From positions 2,273 to 66,272 of the forward strand of contig CANQZC010000008.1 of the NCBI GenBank assembly GCA_947628235.1: a stretch of DNA of 64,000 bases. The letters are read 5' to 3'. This DNA is from an uncultured Bacilli bacterium. GTDB taxonomy: Bacteria > Bacillota_I > Bacilli_A > RF39 > UBA660. Below the pieces are notes generated by a model. The model saw only the letters and a program-made list of their open reading frames with translations. It did no database searches and was not told the origin of the DNA. Made by a program: the position numbers and the translations under genes. Positions 38,898 through 48,867 of the stretch are shown here, piece by piece (position 1 is the stretch's first letter; each line of letters starts with the position of its first letter).

Positions 38898-40050
38898 CTT
38901 TTTGTAACATTTTAACATAAGGTTTGCGGTTAATATAGTGTTGATAATCAGGACCTGTTCCTAAAGTCATAATAGGAACTCCTAATTCACTTTCTAACCA
39001 CGCTAAATATTCTTTCCGATATTTATCAAAATAAATTTTTCCATAGCCATTATAAACACCATGAATATTTTGATAATCACTATCTAATTGTTCAAAGAAA
39101 TTGAGATAAATTTCTGTTGGATGACATCGTAAGACCGTTCTTTTTAAGTGATTGATATCGATATCAAAAATTCTTCTTTTCTTTTTAGTAACCGTTGTAT
39201 ATTCTGTTAAATCAGGAGCAATATCACCATATTCTTCAATATCTTCTTCAGTAATGACGGTAGGATATTGTCCTAAATAAGCGCCTACATTAATCTGATT
39301 CCAAGAAAGTTCGATGGAATTTCCATAATTGCCACTAAAGATAGTAGAACCATCATAAATTTCATTACTGATTCGAATCGGAAAAGGGCGAATGACCATA
39401 ATGACTTCTTTTAAGTAAAAAGCAGAAATACCAGCATCCGCTAACATCTGTTCTACGCAGACTTCTCTAGAAGTCGTATGAGGATAGTGACCACTATGAT
39501 TCATATCTAAGTCATATCCTTGCGCTCCTTCTAGTAAGATTCTTTTCGCACTCTTTAAATAAGAATATAATTTTTGATAGTAGTCTGGATCGGCTTTGAT
39601 GCCTTTCCACTCTTTAAAAAACTTCGTTTCTGGACTTCTCATCATCTTTTCTGTTTGACAAGCACATCCTCCTTTAAAGGTAGACCCAGAAACAATCTCT
39701 TTCTTTTCTTTTTCAATATGTTTTGGTTGAATGATAGGAACGAGTGGGTGGACAATAATTTCTCTTCCTTCTAACAAATCTTTATTATTTTCATACTCCT
39801 CTTCTAAGACATCCATATCGATGACAGAACCGGGTCCAATAAAGAGTTGTGTATTCGGATTTACTGCCGAAACGGGAATATGACGAAATACTCTTTTTTT
39901 CCCATCTTTGACAAAGGTATGACCCGCATTTGGCATATTGTTGGTAATCGCTACTTCCACATTTTTTTGAAGAGCGAATTGACCAATTACTTTGCCTTTT
40001 CCACAACTTCCTGCTTGACCATCCACAATCGCATAAACATTTCTTCGCAT
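38887..40050 (-). CDS. Adenylosuccinate synthetase-family protein with PurZ-like signatures
   Basis: GSCGKGK, NMPNAGHT, GST, EGAQG, YPHTTSR, PIRI, TTVTKKKRR, LNF, GTGP; start ATG 40050 after a GGGGGA RBS (387 aa). Confidence 0.85.
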   Translation of the reverse strand: MRRNVYAIVDGQAGSCGKGKVIGQFALQKNVEVAITNNMPNAGHTFVKDGKKRVFRHIPVSAVNPNTQLFIGPGSVIDMDVLEEEYENNKDLLEGREIIVHPLVPIIQPKHIEKEKKEIVSGSTFKGGCACQTEKMMRSPETKFFKEWKGIKADPDYYQKLYSYLKSAKRILLEGAQGYDLDMNHSGHYPHTTSREVCVEQMLADAGISAFYLKEVIMVIRPFPIRISNEIYDGSTIFSGNYGNSIELSWNQINVGAYLGQYPTVITEEDIEEYGDIAPDLTEYTTVTKKKRRIFDIDINHLKRTVLRCHPTEIYLNFFEQLDSDYQNIHGVYNGYGKIYFDKYRKEYLAWLESELGVPIMTLGTGPDYQHYINRKPYVKMLQKENQ

Positions 40051-40074
40051 ATCTCTTCCCCCTAATGATTTCTT

Positions 40075-40103
40075 ATTATACAGGAAGTGAAGAAAAGAAA
40101 CAA
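40075..40103 (-). promoter_or_regulatory. Sigma-A promoter of the PurZ-like gene
   Basis: Minus strand TTGTTT-17 bp-TATAAT, about 25 bp upstream of ATG. Confidence 0.65.
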
Positions 40104-40180
40104 GAAAAAGTGTAAAGTAACGAAGAAGGGAGTGCAAAAATAAGAAAAGTATGTTATTCTTAAAGAAGAGTAGGTGAAAT

Positions 40181-40669
40181 ATGAGAAGAAAGAAAAAAGA
40201 ATTAGAAATTGATATTGTCTTAGAAGAAGATTTCTATGAGAAGTACAATCGGGAGAAAGTGTCTAGAGATTTGATATCGTATTTGATGGAAGTAGTGGAT
40301 CCTTTCGAAGAAGAAAATGTGAAAATAATAATTGATAATCAAATTGAAAATGAGAAATGTATTTCGATGATTCGAAAGCAATTAAAAGAAGAATATGATA
40401 AATGTTTGAAAGAAAGAAGTCATAACAATAAAGTTCAACTCATCTATTGTCTATTAGGAATTTTGATGTTAGCGTTATCTTTTTATGTGACACATGATTC
40501 TATTTTTAAAGAGATATTTTTAATTAGTGGTTGGGTTTTAATTTGGGATATGATTGAGATTGAAATGTTTTCTGATTCAGATAACCGAAGAAAGAGAAGG
40601 ATTTTAAAAAAACTATATCATTCTCAGATTGTTTTGAAAGAAAAAGAAGGAGAGAATAGGGCCTCTTAA
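40181..40669 (+). CDS. Hypothetical membrane protein
   Basis: Two TM segments, I.GWV.IW motif. Confidence 0.65.
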   Translation: MRRKKKELEIDIVLEEDFYEKYNREKVSRDLISYLMEVVDPFEEENVKIIIDNQIENEKCISMIRKQLKEEYDKCLKERSHNNKVQLIYCLLGILMLALSFYVTHDSIFKEIFLISGWVLIWDMIEIEMFSDSDNRRKRRILKKLYHSQIVLKEKEGENRAS

Positions 40670-40789
40670 AGTGTCAAGAAAATGGAAAAAGGAAATGTCC
40701 TTTTTCCTTTTTTTTAGGGCCGTCATCTTCCTTTTCAAACAGCATATAATAAAGGGAAAAAAATTTTTTCAAAACCATTCGTCTAGTTA

Positions 40790-40818
40790 TTGATTTCAAG
40801 TCCTTTGTAAGATATAAT
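40790..40818 (+). promoter_or_regulatory. Sigma-A promoter of the M60 peptidase operon
   Basis: TTGATT-17 bp-TATAAT; AAGGGGG RBS downstream. Confidence 0.65.
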
Positions 40819-40843
40819 AAGGATTATAGAAGGGGGAATTTAT

Positions 40844-43800
40844 ATGATGAAAAAGATAATGCAGAAACTATTATCTATGGTAATGATAATAGCTACATTA
40901 TTCTACAACTTTGCACCGATGGCAGTCATCGCTTTAGAGGAACTTGCTCCAGCCGAAAGAGAGCTTGTAACGATCTCTGAAAAAATGACTCCCAAAGGAA
41001 ACATGGAAGTGGAAGCTCAGTTAGTACTTCCCATCAGAAACCGTGAAGAGAATAATATCGTATTTAAGATAAAAGATTCTCAAGATAATGAGGCAACGAT
41101 TCTTTTAAATGAAATTACGGTAAAAGCTCAAGATGGTGTCTATGAGACAAAGATTGACTTGGGTGACCAAAAAAATATTCGTGTTGTGGCAACCAAAAGA
41201 GATAACAATGGTGGCTTACTCAGTGGTGTAGATTATGAGAATAACATCGTTTATTTAAGTATCAACCTTTATGAACTAAATAAAGGCACTTACACGATTG
41301 AATTTAGCGGAAAACATTTTGTTACTTATGAAGTGCCTGTCACATTAGATGACTTTTCTAAGAGAGTTAGTATCACGAATGAAGCTGGTATGTTTGAAAT
41401 TGGTGATATCAATGAAGATGGAAAAGTTGATGAAGCCGATAGTGAAATGATGCTAGAGGCAATCGAAACTGGAAAGGAAGAATACGACCTAAATTTAGAT
41501 GGCATTGTGGATATTGCTGACTTAAACTATATTACCGCGATGATTACTGGAACTCCAAAGAAAGCAAAAATTGAAAATACTAGTGCCATTATCAATCCAG
41601 AGACAATTTCTTTTGATGTTCAAGATGTCAAAGTAGAAGGATCTTTAGGAAATCTATTCCAAGACGATGGAGTAGTTACTTTAGAACCAGCTAATGGCGA
41701 AAAGGTAACGGAAGAAAATCCTATTCAACTGGCAATGGATTTAGGAGATAATAAAGAAGAAGCTATCGAGATGAGCGAAATTCGTATCGGTATCGGGGCA
41801 GAAAATATTCCAACGAAGATGACACTTCTTGTCGAAACAGCTTCTGGAAAAGTAGAAGAATATACTTATTCTGCGAAAGAAGGAGTAGAGCAAGTTCATC
41901 TATTTACAGAAGATGCTAGTGAAGGAGTTATTTCCATTTCTTTAGGAAATCAAGTAGCTGTTAAGAAAGTAACAATCAAAGTAACAGAGACTTCTGGAAA
42001 TAATTTAGCGGAAATTGCCAAAGTAGAATTCCTAAATAATGTAAAAGTAAAAACACAAATGCCAGAAGGATTCTATACCCCAAAAGGAATTAAAGTAGAT
42101 ACTTCGGTAAGTGAACAGTTAACCATTTCATTTGACCCTGTAGACAATGTTACTGGTTATGAAATTTCGATTGTGGGACCAAAAATGAACCGTATTTTCC
42201 AAACGACATTTACAAGTTTCACTATTGAAGATTTAAAAAACTATAAGAGTTATATTATTAAAGTACAATCTGCTAACCAAGAATGGCGTAGTGGATGGAG
42301 TGAGGAGATAGAGGCAATTCCTCAAGCAACAAGAAAACCTCCCGCACCAGATATGGTAAAAGGAGATGCTACTTTCGGTGGTATTAATTTTAGTTGGAAA
42401 GATATGGATGATACGACTTCTTACAACTTATACTATCGTATGGTAGGAGAAGAAAAATATACTAAGATTGCTGATTTAAAGGGAACTAGTTACTCTTTAA
42501 AGGGATTAAATCCAGGAGAACAATATGAAGCTTATATCACTGGTAATAATGTGTTAGGTGAAGGAGATAAATCTGCCGTTGTTACTGTGAAAGTATTAGA
42601 AGTTGGTGCTGTCATTGTTCCTCAATATGGCATTATTAATGACTATAATGGAACGACGAATAGAACCAATCATATTGTAGGAGTTACGACTTCTAAAGGA
42701 ACTTATTCGAATGGAACAGAAGAGACACAAGATGCTTGGTCTTTAGTCGATGATGACTTTAGAACGACTTGGTCTTATCAAGACTGGACGATGGGAACTT
42801 ATAATAATATTAGTGGATTCCCACTCTTTGAGTTAGATGAAGCTTATGAAATGGATGAATTTGTTCTTACCGTTCCTGATAACTATCCAAACCAATATAA
42901 AACAGGTGGATATGTAAACAATAATGATGCTCTTATCTATTATTGGGAAGAAGGACCTGAGTATACGGCAGCAACACAAAAGAAAGTACCAGCCGTAGTT
43001 ACAAGAAAACAAGATGTAAATGGTCGTTATTACTATGTTGTAAAACTAGAAGACCCAATTACCGCAAAAGCTGTTCAATTCGGTTTAACGGTAGTATCTA
43101 ATAAACAATTAATTACTCTTGGCGATGTAAAGTTCTATCACTACGATTCTTTAGTGGATGATGTTAGTGCTTTATTTAAAGATGACCTTAGAGTAGAACT
43201 TGCGGATGGTGTTGACCAAAAGAGAATTACAGAATTAAGAGAACGCGCTAATACGATGAAAAATGGTGAATATAGTCCATATCGTGAAAGTGTTTTAAAT
43301 GATTTAGCGTATGCTGAAAAAATCTTAAATGATGAAAAATTAAATGATGTTATCGTTTTAAATCCAAATATTTCTAATTCTTATAATGGACATTTAGGAT
43401 TTGCGATGACAATTAATGACTATCAACCATTAGGAATTTCTGTTAGACCTGGAGATCAAATTACCATCTATGCAGGTTCAACTGGAAAAATTAATGCTGA
43501 AGTCATTGTTACACAATACTATGCTGAAGCAAGTGCATGGAAAAAATCTGTAAAGACATTACAGAAGGGACAAAATATTATTGATATCCCAGAAGTAACG
43601 ACAACTAGTTCTTTAAGAGAAAGTGGAGGAAGCGTTTATATTCGTTATACATCTACTCCAGATCCTAAGAATCCAATTAAGATTCGTGTGAGTGGTGGTA
43701 CGAAAATACCAATGCTAGATACTTCTTTATTAACGAACGATACAGAGAAGAAAGCAGCTATTAAAGAGTATATTGAAACCCTTGATCAATATGTTGCTGC

Positions 43801-46051
43801 GCTTCCAGAAATGTATTCTGAGGAAGGAAAAGAATTCAGTCCACAAAAGAGTGCATTAGGAGCAACAGAAATTGTTACAGAACATGGATTATGGTCTGTC
43901 TCTGCTGTAGCTGTTAAAAACGGATTAGATTCTGGAACTTCTTCTCTAGAGGATAGAGTGAATCGTCTTTTCGAATCTACAGAAGCCTTTGATGAAATGA
44001 TGGAAATGTTCTATCGTCATAAAGGACTTTCCAAAGATGCCGAAGAAAAGACAAATGAAATGCCAAAAGCGAGAATTAATATTCGTTATATGAAGATGTT
44101 TGATGGTGCTTTCATGTATGCTGGTGGATACCATATCGGTATTGAATATGGTTCTATTGCTGGACTTGTTCAAGCACACCGTAATACGGAAGATGCAACA
44201 GGATACTTTGGATGGGGAATTTCTCACGAAGTAGGACATCAAATTAATCAATCTTCTTTAGTACATGCAGAAGTTACGAACAACATCTATGCGATGTTAG
44301 CGCAAACAAGTAATGATAAAGATATTTCTCGTTTAGAGGGTAGTGGAATCTATGAGAAAATCTATGAGAAAGTTACTTCTCATACGATTGGAAAACCACA
44401 AAATGTATTTGTTACATTAGGTATGTATTGGCAACTTCATTTAGCGTATGATAATACCAATACCTTTAGTGATACAGATTCTATTTATGCGAGAATCAAT
44501 CAACTTACTAGAACTTACAAAAATGAAAAGAATTATAGTAAAGATGACTTATTAGTTCTTTTCGCTAGTCAGGCTGCGAAGAAGGATTTAACAGAGTTCT
44601 TTGCGACTTGGGGAATTCAAGCAAGTCCTGAAGTACAAGAAGAGATTGCTAATCTAAATTTAGAAAAAGAAGAAAAAGCAATCTACTACTTAAATGATGA
44701 AGCAAGAAAATATCGTTTATCTGGAAAGTCAGGAATGGCTAGCGATACGAAAGCAACTGCGCAAATAGTAGATACCAATAGTAAAGATAAACGAGTTACT
44801 TTAACATTTGGAGTAACCAAAGATAGTGATAAGATTTTAGGATATGAAATTCTTCGTAATGGCGTATCTATTGGATTTGTTCCAGGAAATACTCATGAGT
44901 TTACAGATAATGTAGGTGCTGAAAATAATCGTGCTTATGTTTATAGTGTAGTTGCTTATGACTATCTATTAAATGAAACAGACCCAATCGCTCTAGAGGA
45001 AATTAAGATTAGTCATGATGGAAGCATTGTCAAAGATGCCTTCACTGTAGAATCTAATGTGAAAGAACCAAAAGAGATTGTAGACTACGAAGATGAAGAT
45101 TTAGATTATTCTGCCCTACATGTAAATCGTCTTGTCGATGGAAATGTAGAAGTTGGATTTAATGGTACAGAAAAGATTACTACTTTAAATCAAACCAATG
45201 ATAATCCAAAATTAGTAACCGATACTGGAAATGCTTATGTAATTATCAATTTAAATGCTTCTATGTCTGTTAGTGGTATTAAATACCGTGCTTTAGTAGA
45301 AGATGGTACTTTAAATGCCAATACTGTTAAGAAATATAATGTCTATGTAAGTTCAGATAAAGAAACATGGACTCTTGCTCGTACTGGAGAATTTAAAGTA
45401 ACTGCCGAAAACCCAGAAGAAACGATTTACTTTATGGGACAAGGTACAACTAGTCAAACTCAATTATGGACTTATCATGATGTTGCTTATGTTAAGATTG
45501 AATCTGTAGGTAACAAGAATGGATTCTCAGGTGCGGAAATTGATATTATTGCTCCTCCAGGAGATAATGTTGATATCGATGAGACAGCATCTCATACCAA
45601 AGCCTTTGGAAAATTAACAACAGATTACTGTTATTTAAGAGAGGGATGTGATCCTTCTAAGAAAGACGAAAACGGTGATGTCATTGGACAAATTAAAGCC
45701 GGATCTGTTATTATTCAAGGTACTTATCGTGGAAATCCAAGTTTCAATGTAGTTACTATTGGAAATCCAAATGATGAGAAAAAGATTTATGATGGATATC
45801 AAATCATCTTTGCGGAACTAAATGATGATGATACCGTTTATGATGTAGCGAGTGGTATATGGATTTATGTTATGACAGAAGAAGAATATAATACAATGTT
45901 ATCTTCTACAGACAGTATTCGTGCTTACTTATATCGTGTTAATGATGCAGAAACAAATGAAGGACAAAGAATTACAAGTACTTCTAAATCTATTACAAAT
46001 TTACCTAAGTACGAAGATTTAAATTCTGTAGTTCTTGATAATAAACAATAG
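40844..46051 (+). CDS. Secreted M60-family (enhancin-like) metallopeptidase with dockerin, FN3 and CBM32/discoidin-like modules
   Basis: Signal peptide; dockerin GDINEDGKVD..D / DLNLDGIVD.ADL; FN3 repeats; FMYAG, WGISHEVGH..EVTNN gluzincin motif. Confidence 0.9.
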   Translation: MMKKIMQKLLSMVMIIATLFYNFAPMAVIALEELAPAERELVTISEKMTPKGNMEVEAQLVLPIRNREENNIVFKIKDSQDNEATILLNEITVKAQDGVYETKIDLGDQKNIRVVATKRDNNGGLLSGVDYENNIVYLSINLYELNKGTYTIEFSGKHFVTYEVPVTLDDFSKRVSITNEAGMFEIGDINEDGKVDEADSEMMLEAIETGKEEYDLNLDGIVDIADLNYITAMITGTPKKAKIENTSAIINPETISFDVQDVKVEGSLGNLFQDDGVVTLEPANGEKVTEENPIQLAMDLGDNKEEAIEMSEIRIGIGAENIPTKMTLLVETASGKVEEYTYSAKEGVEQVHLFTEDASEGVISISLGNQVAVKKVTIKVTETSGNNLAEIAKVEFLNNVKVKTQMPEGFYTPKGIKVDTSVSEQLTISFDPVDNVTGYEISIVGPKMNRIFQTTFTSFTIEDLKNYKSYIIKVQSANQEWRSGWSEEIEAIPQATRKPPAPDMVKGDATFGGINFSWKDMDDTTSYNLYYRMVGEEKYTKIADLKGTSYSLKGLNPGEQYEAYITGNNVLGEGDKSAVVTVKVLEVGAVIVPQYGIINDYNGTTNRTNHIVGVTTSKGTYSNGTEETQDAWSLVDDDFRTTWSYQDWTMGTYNNISGFPLFELDEAYEMDEFVLTVPDNYPNQYKTGGYVNNNDALIYYWEEGPEYTAATQKKVPAVVTRKQDVNGRYYYVVKLEDPITAKAVQFGLTVVSNKQLITLGDVKFYHYDSLVDDVSALFKDDLRVELADGVDQKRITELRERANTMKNGEYSPYRESVLNDLAYAEKILNDEKLNDVIVLNPNISNSYNGHLGFAMTINDYQPLGISVRPGDQITIYAGSTGKINAEVIVTQYYAEASAWKKSVKTLQKGQNIIDIPEVTTTSSLRESGGSVYIRYTSTPDPKNPIKIRVSGGTKIPMLDTSLLTNDTEKKAAIKEYIETLDQYVAALPEMYSEEGKEFSPQKSALGATEIVTEHGLWSVSAVAVKNGLDSGTSSLEDRVNRLFESTEAFDEMMEMFYRHKGLSKDAEEKTNEMPKARINIRYMKMFDGAFMYAGGYHIGIEYGSIAGLVQAHRNTEDATGYFGWGISHEVGHQINQSSLVHAEVTNNIYAMLAQTSNDKDISRLEGSGIYEKIYEKVTSHTIGKPQNVFVTLGMYWQLHLAYDNTNTFSDTDSIYARINQLTRTYKNEKNYSKDDLLVLFASQAAKKDLTEFFATWGIQASPEVQEEIANLNLEKEEKAIYYLNDEARKYRLSGKSGMASDTKATAQIVDTNSKDKRVTLTFGVTKDSDKILGYEILRNGVSIGFVPGNTHEFTDNVGAENNRAYVYSVVAYDYLLNETDPIALEEIKISHDGSIVKDAFTVESNVKEPKEIVDYEDEDLDYSALHVNRLVDGNVEVGFNGTEKITTLNQTNDNPKLVTDTGNAYVIINLNASMSVSGIKYRALVEDGTLNANTVKKYNVYVSSDKETWTLARTGEFKVTAENPEETIYFMGQGTTSQTQLWTYHDVAYVKIESVGNKNGFSGAEIDIIAPPGDNVDIDETASHTKAFGKLTTDYCYLREGCDPSKKDENGDVIGQIKAGSVIIQGTYRGNPSFNVVTIGNPNDEKKIYDGYQIIFAELNDDDTVYDVASGIWIYVMTEEEYNTMLSSTDSIRAYLYRVNDAETNEGQRITSTSKSITNLPKYEDLNSVVLDNKQ

Positions 46052-46059
46052 GTGACTGC

Positions 46060-46983
46060 ATGAAAAAGAATTTCTTATTTATTCTTTGTATGGTCCTTTC
46101 TCTCTTTTGCTTTTTACCAAACGCAAAAGCTTCTGCAAAAGTAGAATTAAAAGAGAATGCGAATGGACAAATAGGAACCTCTATTCATTTTGAAGAAGGG
46201 TTCGTAGGTGGTATTGAAATTTCTCTTGCTATTAAGGGAAATGTCGATATTGATAAATTTACTTTTGGAAGTGTTGTAAAATCTGGTTATACCAAAAAGA
46301 GTAGTTATGATCCTAAAACAAAAGTTTTAACACTCATAGTTACTACTGGTGGAGTAGGGACAGGACACAATTTATTAAATGAAAATAAAGAGTTAGTTCT
46401 AGGAACGATGTATTTCACTACCAAAGAAAAAGCAGATACAAACTATTCTGTAGAAGTAAAAAAGGTTGTTATTACCGATAATACTTGGAATTCTAAAACT
46501 TTAGAAGGTTCTTTAAAAGAAGAAGGGGATTTTACTTATCGAGTAAATTCCCCTCAAGAACCACCAAAAGAAGAAGATAGTAACACCAATACCAATACGA
46601 ATACAAATAGTAATACAAATACCAACAGTAATACCCATACAAATACGAATAGCAATACTAGTAGTAATTCTAGTAATACAAACACGAATACATCATCTAA
46701 TCAAACGAATACAAGTAGTTCCAATTCTTCTAATTCCATGAGTAATACCAATACGAATGGAGAAAATACTTCTAGTAATACAGATACAAATTCTAATGAG
46801 ATAGAATCTAATACGAATATGCCTGTAGTAACTAATAGTAATACTTCTCAAAATTCTTCTACAACAGAAGAGAAGAAAGAGACGAAAAAAAGTAGTCTTT
46901 TACCAAAAATTTTAATTCCTGGAGTAGGAGTTGTTCTAATTGCTACAGCCGTTGCCGTAGTATGGAAAAAGAAGAAAGCATAA
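46060..46983 (+). CDS. Membrane-anchored cohesin-like protein
   Basis: Signal peptide (AKA), ~140-aa all-beta domain, N/T/S-rich linker, C-terminal TM plus KKKK. Confidence 0.6.
   Translation: MKKNFLFILCMVLSLFCFLPNAKASAKVELKENANGQIGTSIHFEEGFVGGIEISLAIKGNVDIDKFTFGSVVKSGYTKKSSYDPKTKVLTLIVTTGGVGTGHNLLNENKELVLGTMYFTTKEKADTNYSVEVKKVVITDNTWNSKTLEGSLKEEGDFTYRVNSPQEPPKEEDSNTNTNTNTNSNTNTNSNTHTNTNSNTSSNSSNTNTNTSSNQTNTSSSNSSNSMSNTNTNGENTSSNTDTNSNEIESNTNMPVVTNSNTSQNSSTTEEKKETKKSSLLPKILIPGVGVVLIATAVAVVWKKKKA
46578..46866 (+). repeat. Low-complexity Asn/Thr/Ser coding linker
   Basis: NTNTNTNSNTNT... degenerate AAY/ACN/AGT repeats. Confidence 0.85.
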
Positions 46984-47047
46984 AGGAAATTCTAAGATTT
47001 CCTTTTTTGTTGTTTGAAAGACATAAAAAAAGAGCTAAGCTCTTTTT
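46982..47047. terminator. Two hairpins between convergent genes
   Basis: AAAGGAAAT..ATTTCCTTT plus T run, and AAAAAGAGC-TAA-GCTCTTTTT. Confidence 0.75.
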
Positions 47048-47048
47048 C

Positions 47049-48734
47049 TTAAAATCCGAATGGATCTTCTATTGGGTCAGTATCTGTATCTGTTGTCATC
47101 ATAGAATTTAAAATCTGTGAAATATATTGGAATAATTTAGATTGTTCTAAGTTAACTAAAGCAGTTTGAAGTTTTTGTTCATCAGCAGGAGTAATATCTG
47201 TTGCAAGAGCTTTACTTACATCAATATCTGCAATTTCAGCACCTATCTCTTCTGTATAAGTAAGATGAATTCCAAGGTCGATTCCACTCATATCTATTGT
47301 AAAATCAAAAGTACCTTCCGTTTTCTTATCATTTACCTTCTTCGTTGTAGATTTTAAAGTACCAGTTATAGAGATACCTTCCACAGAAACCGTATAATCC
47401 ATATCTATTTCATCTTCAGTAAATTTCTTAACTTTTAAAGAAACAGGAGTTTCTAATTTCATATCTTGATTAACATCTAACTTAATATCTACATTCGTTA
47501 CATCTTTTTCTTCGGTTGCGACAACTTCCACGAAAGTTACATTTCCTAATTTGTAAGCAATATCTGTAACATCATCATAATGATAGTAAGTAATAGTTGA
47601 TCCTTCAGAATCAATGATTTCAACACCTACCGTTTTTGTTTTTAATCCTGTTGTCGTATAAAGAACAAAACTTCCTTTTCCTACTTCAGAGAAATCTTGA
47701 TTAGCAGCTTCCTCTAAAGATTTTTTAACTTCGTCTTCAGACATTCCAGAAATTTTTGCAAATGTTTTTGTGAATTGACTACTATTTTTTAATTCTTTAC
47801 TAAGAGAACTAACAAGATTTTTAACGGTATTAGAATTGATTTCATAAGTAATTGCGTTAACTTTTACTTTCTTTCCGTTAATCGTAATTTCTTTTTTCTC
47901 TTTCTTCATATTTTTAGAATCTAAAGAATTGATAAGAGCGTCTTTGAATTCTCTTACAATAGTATCAATTTCTTCTGTACTTGGCATAGATAAGTCATCG
48001 AATTCAGACATATCGAATTCAACGGTTTCCCCTTCAGCAATATCATAGATATTAGAAAGAAGGGTATCACTTTGTAAATAAGTATGATTATTCTTTAAGA
48101 AAGCAGTAGCGTCTAGTAATTTCGTATTATTTTCTAGATAAGCACCACCAATTTCTAATTTTTGGTTTTTTAAATCCATTCCATAAGAAAATTGAAATTT
48201 ACTATCTTTTAATGGTTCTAACATAGATCCTGTAAAAGATAATTCTCCAGTAATCTTATAGCTTTCTTCAAGCATTGCTTTTAGACTTTCAGAACCTTTA
48301 TAATTCTTTAAAGATTCACTAAAGTCAGAATATAGTTCATTGATAGAACTCTTTACAATTTTTGTTGGATTGTTAGAGAGTTTAAAGTAAACTCCTACAA
48401 CAACTGCGATAATCGCAACAACAATAAGTGAACAAATGGCAATGATTTTTCCTTTGCCTTTTTTAGGAGCTTTGTTCATTTCTCCGTTTGTATCCACATT
48501 TGGTTGTGGAGTGGTAGGAACTGTAGTGACTGGTGTTACTGGGGGTACTGGTGTTACTGGGGGTACTGGCGTTACCGGAGTAACAGGACTCTCAGTAGCT
48601 GGTACTTCAGGAGTAACAGGAGTTTCCGTCGTTGGAGTTTCTGGTGTAACTGGTACTTCTGGTGTAACAGGAGTCTCTGGTGTTGTTCCTACTTCAGGTG
48701 TCACATTTTCACCTGGCGTATGATTTTCGTTCAT
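47049..48734 (-). CDS. Single-pass membrane protein with Pro/Val/Thr-rich N-terminus and large extracellular domain
   Basis: PVTP(E/V) repeats, KKGKGK then TM, beta-rich C-terminus. Confidence 0.75.
   Translation of the reverse strand: MNENHTPGENVTPEVGTTPETPVTPEVPVTPETPTTETPVTPEVPATESPVTPVTPVPPVTPVPPVTPVTTVPTTPQPNVDTNGEMNKAPKKGKGKIIAICSLIVVAIIAVVVGVYFKLSNNPTKIVKSSINELYSDFSESLKNYKGSESLKAMLEESYKITGELSFTGSMLEPLKDSKFQFSYGMDLKNQKLEIGGAYLENNTKLLDATAFLKNNHTYLQSDTLLSNIYDIAEGETVEFDMSEFDDLSMPSTEEIDTIVREFKDALINSLDSKNMKKEKKEITINGKKVKVNAITYEINSNTVKNLVSSLSKELKNSSQFTKTFAKISGMSEDEVKKSLEEAANQDFSEVGKGSFVLYTTTGLKTKTVGVEIIDSEGSTITYYHYDDVTDIAYKLGNVTFVEVVATEEKDVTNVDIKLDVNQDMKLETPVSLKVKKFTEDEIDMDYTVSVEGISITGTLKSTTKKVNDKKTEGTFDFTIDMSGIDLGIHLTYTEEIGAEIADIDVSKALATDITPADEQKLQTALVNLEQSKLFQYISQILNSMMTTDTDTDPIEDPFGF
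48505..48718 (-). repeat. PVTP/PETP coding repeats
   Basis: Near-exact 18-bp units such as ACTGGTGTTACTGGGGGT on the + strand. Confidence 0.8.
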
Positions 48735-48867
48735 TTTTGAACCTCACTTTCCTTCTATTATACATTACCATCATATCACAAAAATGCGAAAAAAGTCATA
48801 AAAACTTAGGAATCTTTTAAAAAATGTGATAATATGTTAATGAAATAGTCAAAAAAAGAGGTGTCTT

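Noticed and set aside
40051-40137. N-terminal hydrophobic extension of the PurZ-like ORF in the track
   Set aside because: Overlaps the promoter; the RBS supports ATG 40050.
36474-40669. Prophage around the PurZ-like gene
   Set aside because: Flanks are an acyltransferase, an MBL hydrolase and a membrane protein; no integrase, structural or replication genes and no att-like repeats seen.
40670-40790. Riboswitch or ncRNA in the longer intergenic regions (also 3451-3599, 62539-62784)
   Set aside because: Only terminator-like hairpins and promoter boxes seen; no recognisable T-box, riboswitch or tRNA structure.
46578-46866. CRISPR-like or satellite array
   Set aside because: Degenerate codon-level repeats within an ORF; no constant repeat with unique spacers and no cas genes.
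46890-46925. Sortase LPxTG signal in the cohesin-like protein
   Set aside because: Sequence is LLPKILIPG, not LPxTG; simpler read as the start of a TM anchor.
48436-48740. Plus-strand ORFs with GVT and WCYWGY repeats
   Set aside because: Antisense shadows of the PVTP repeat in the 47049-48734 gene.
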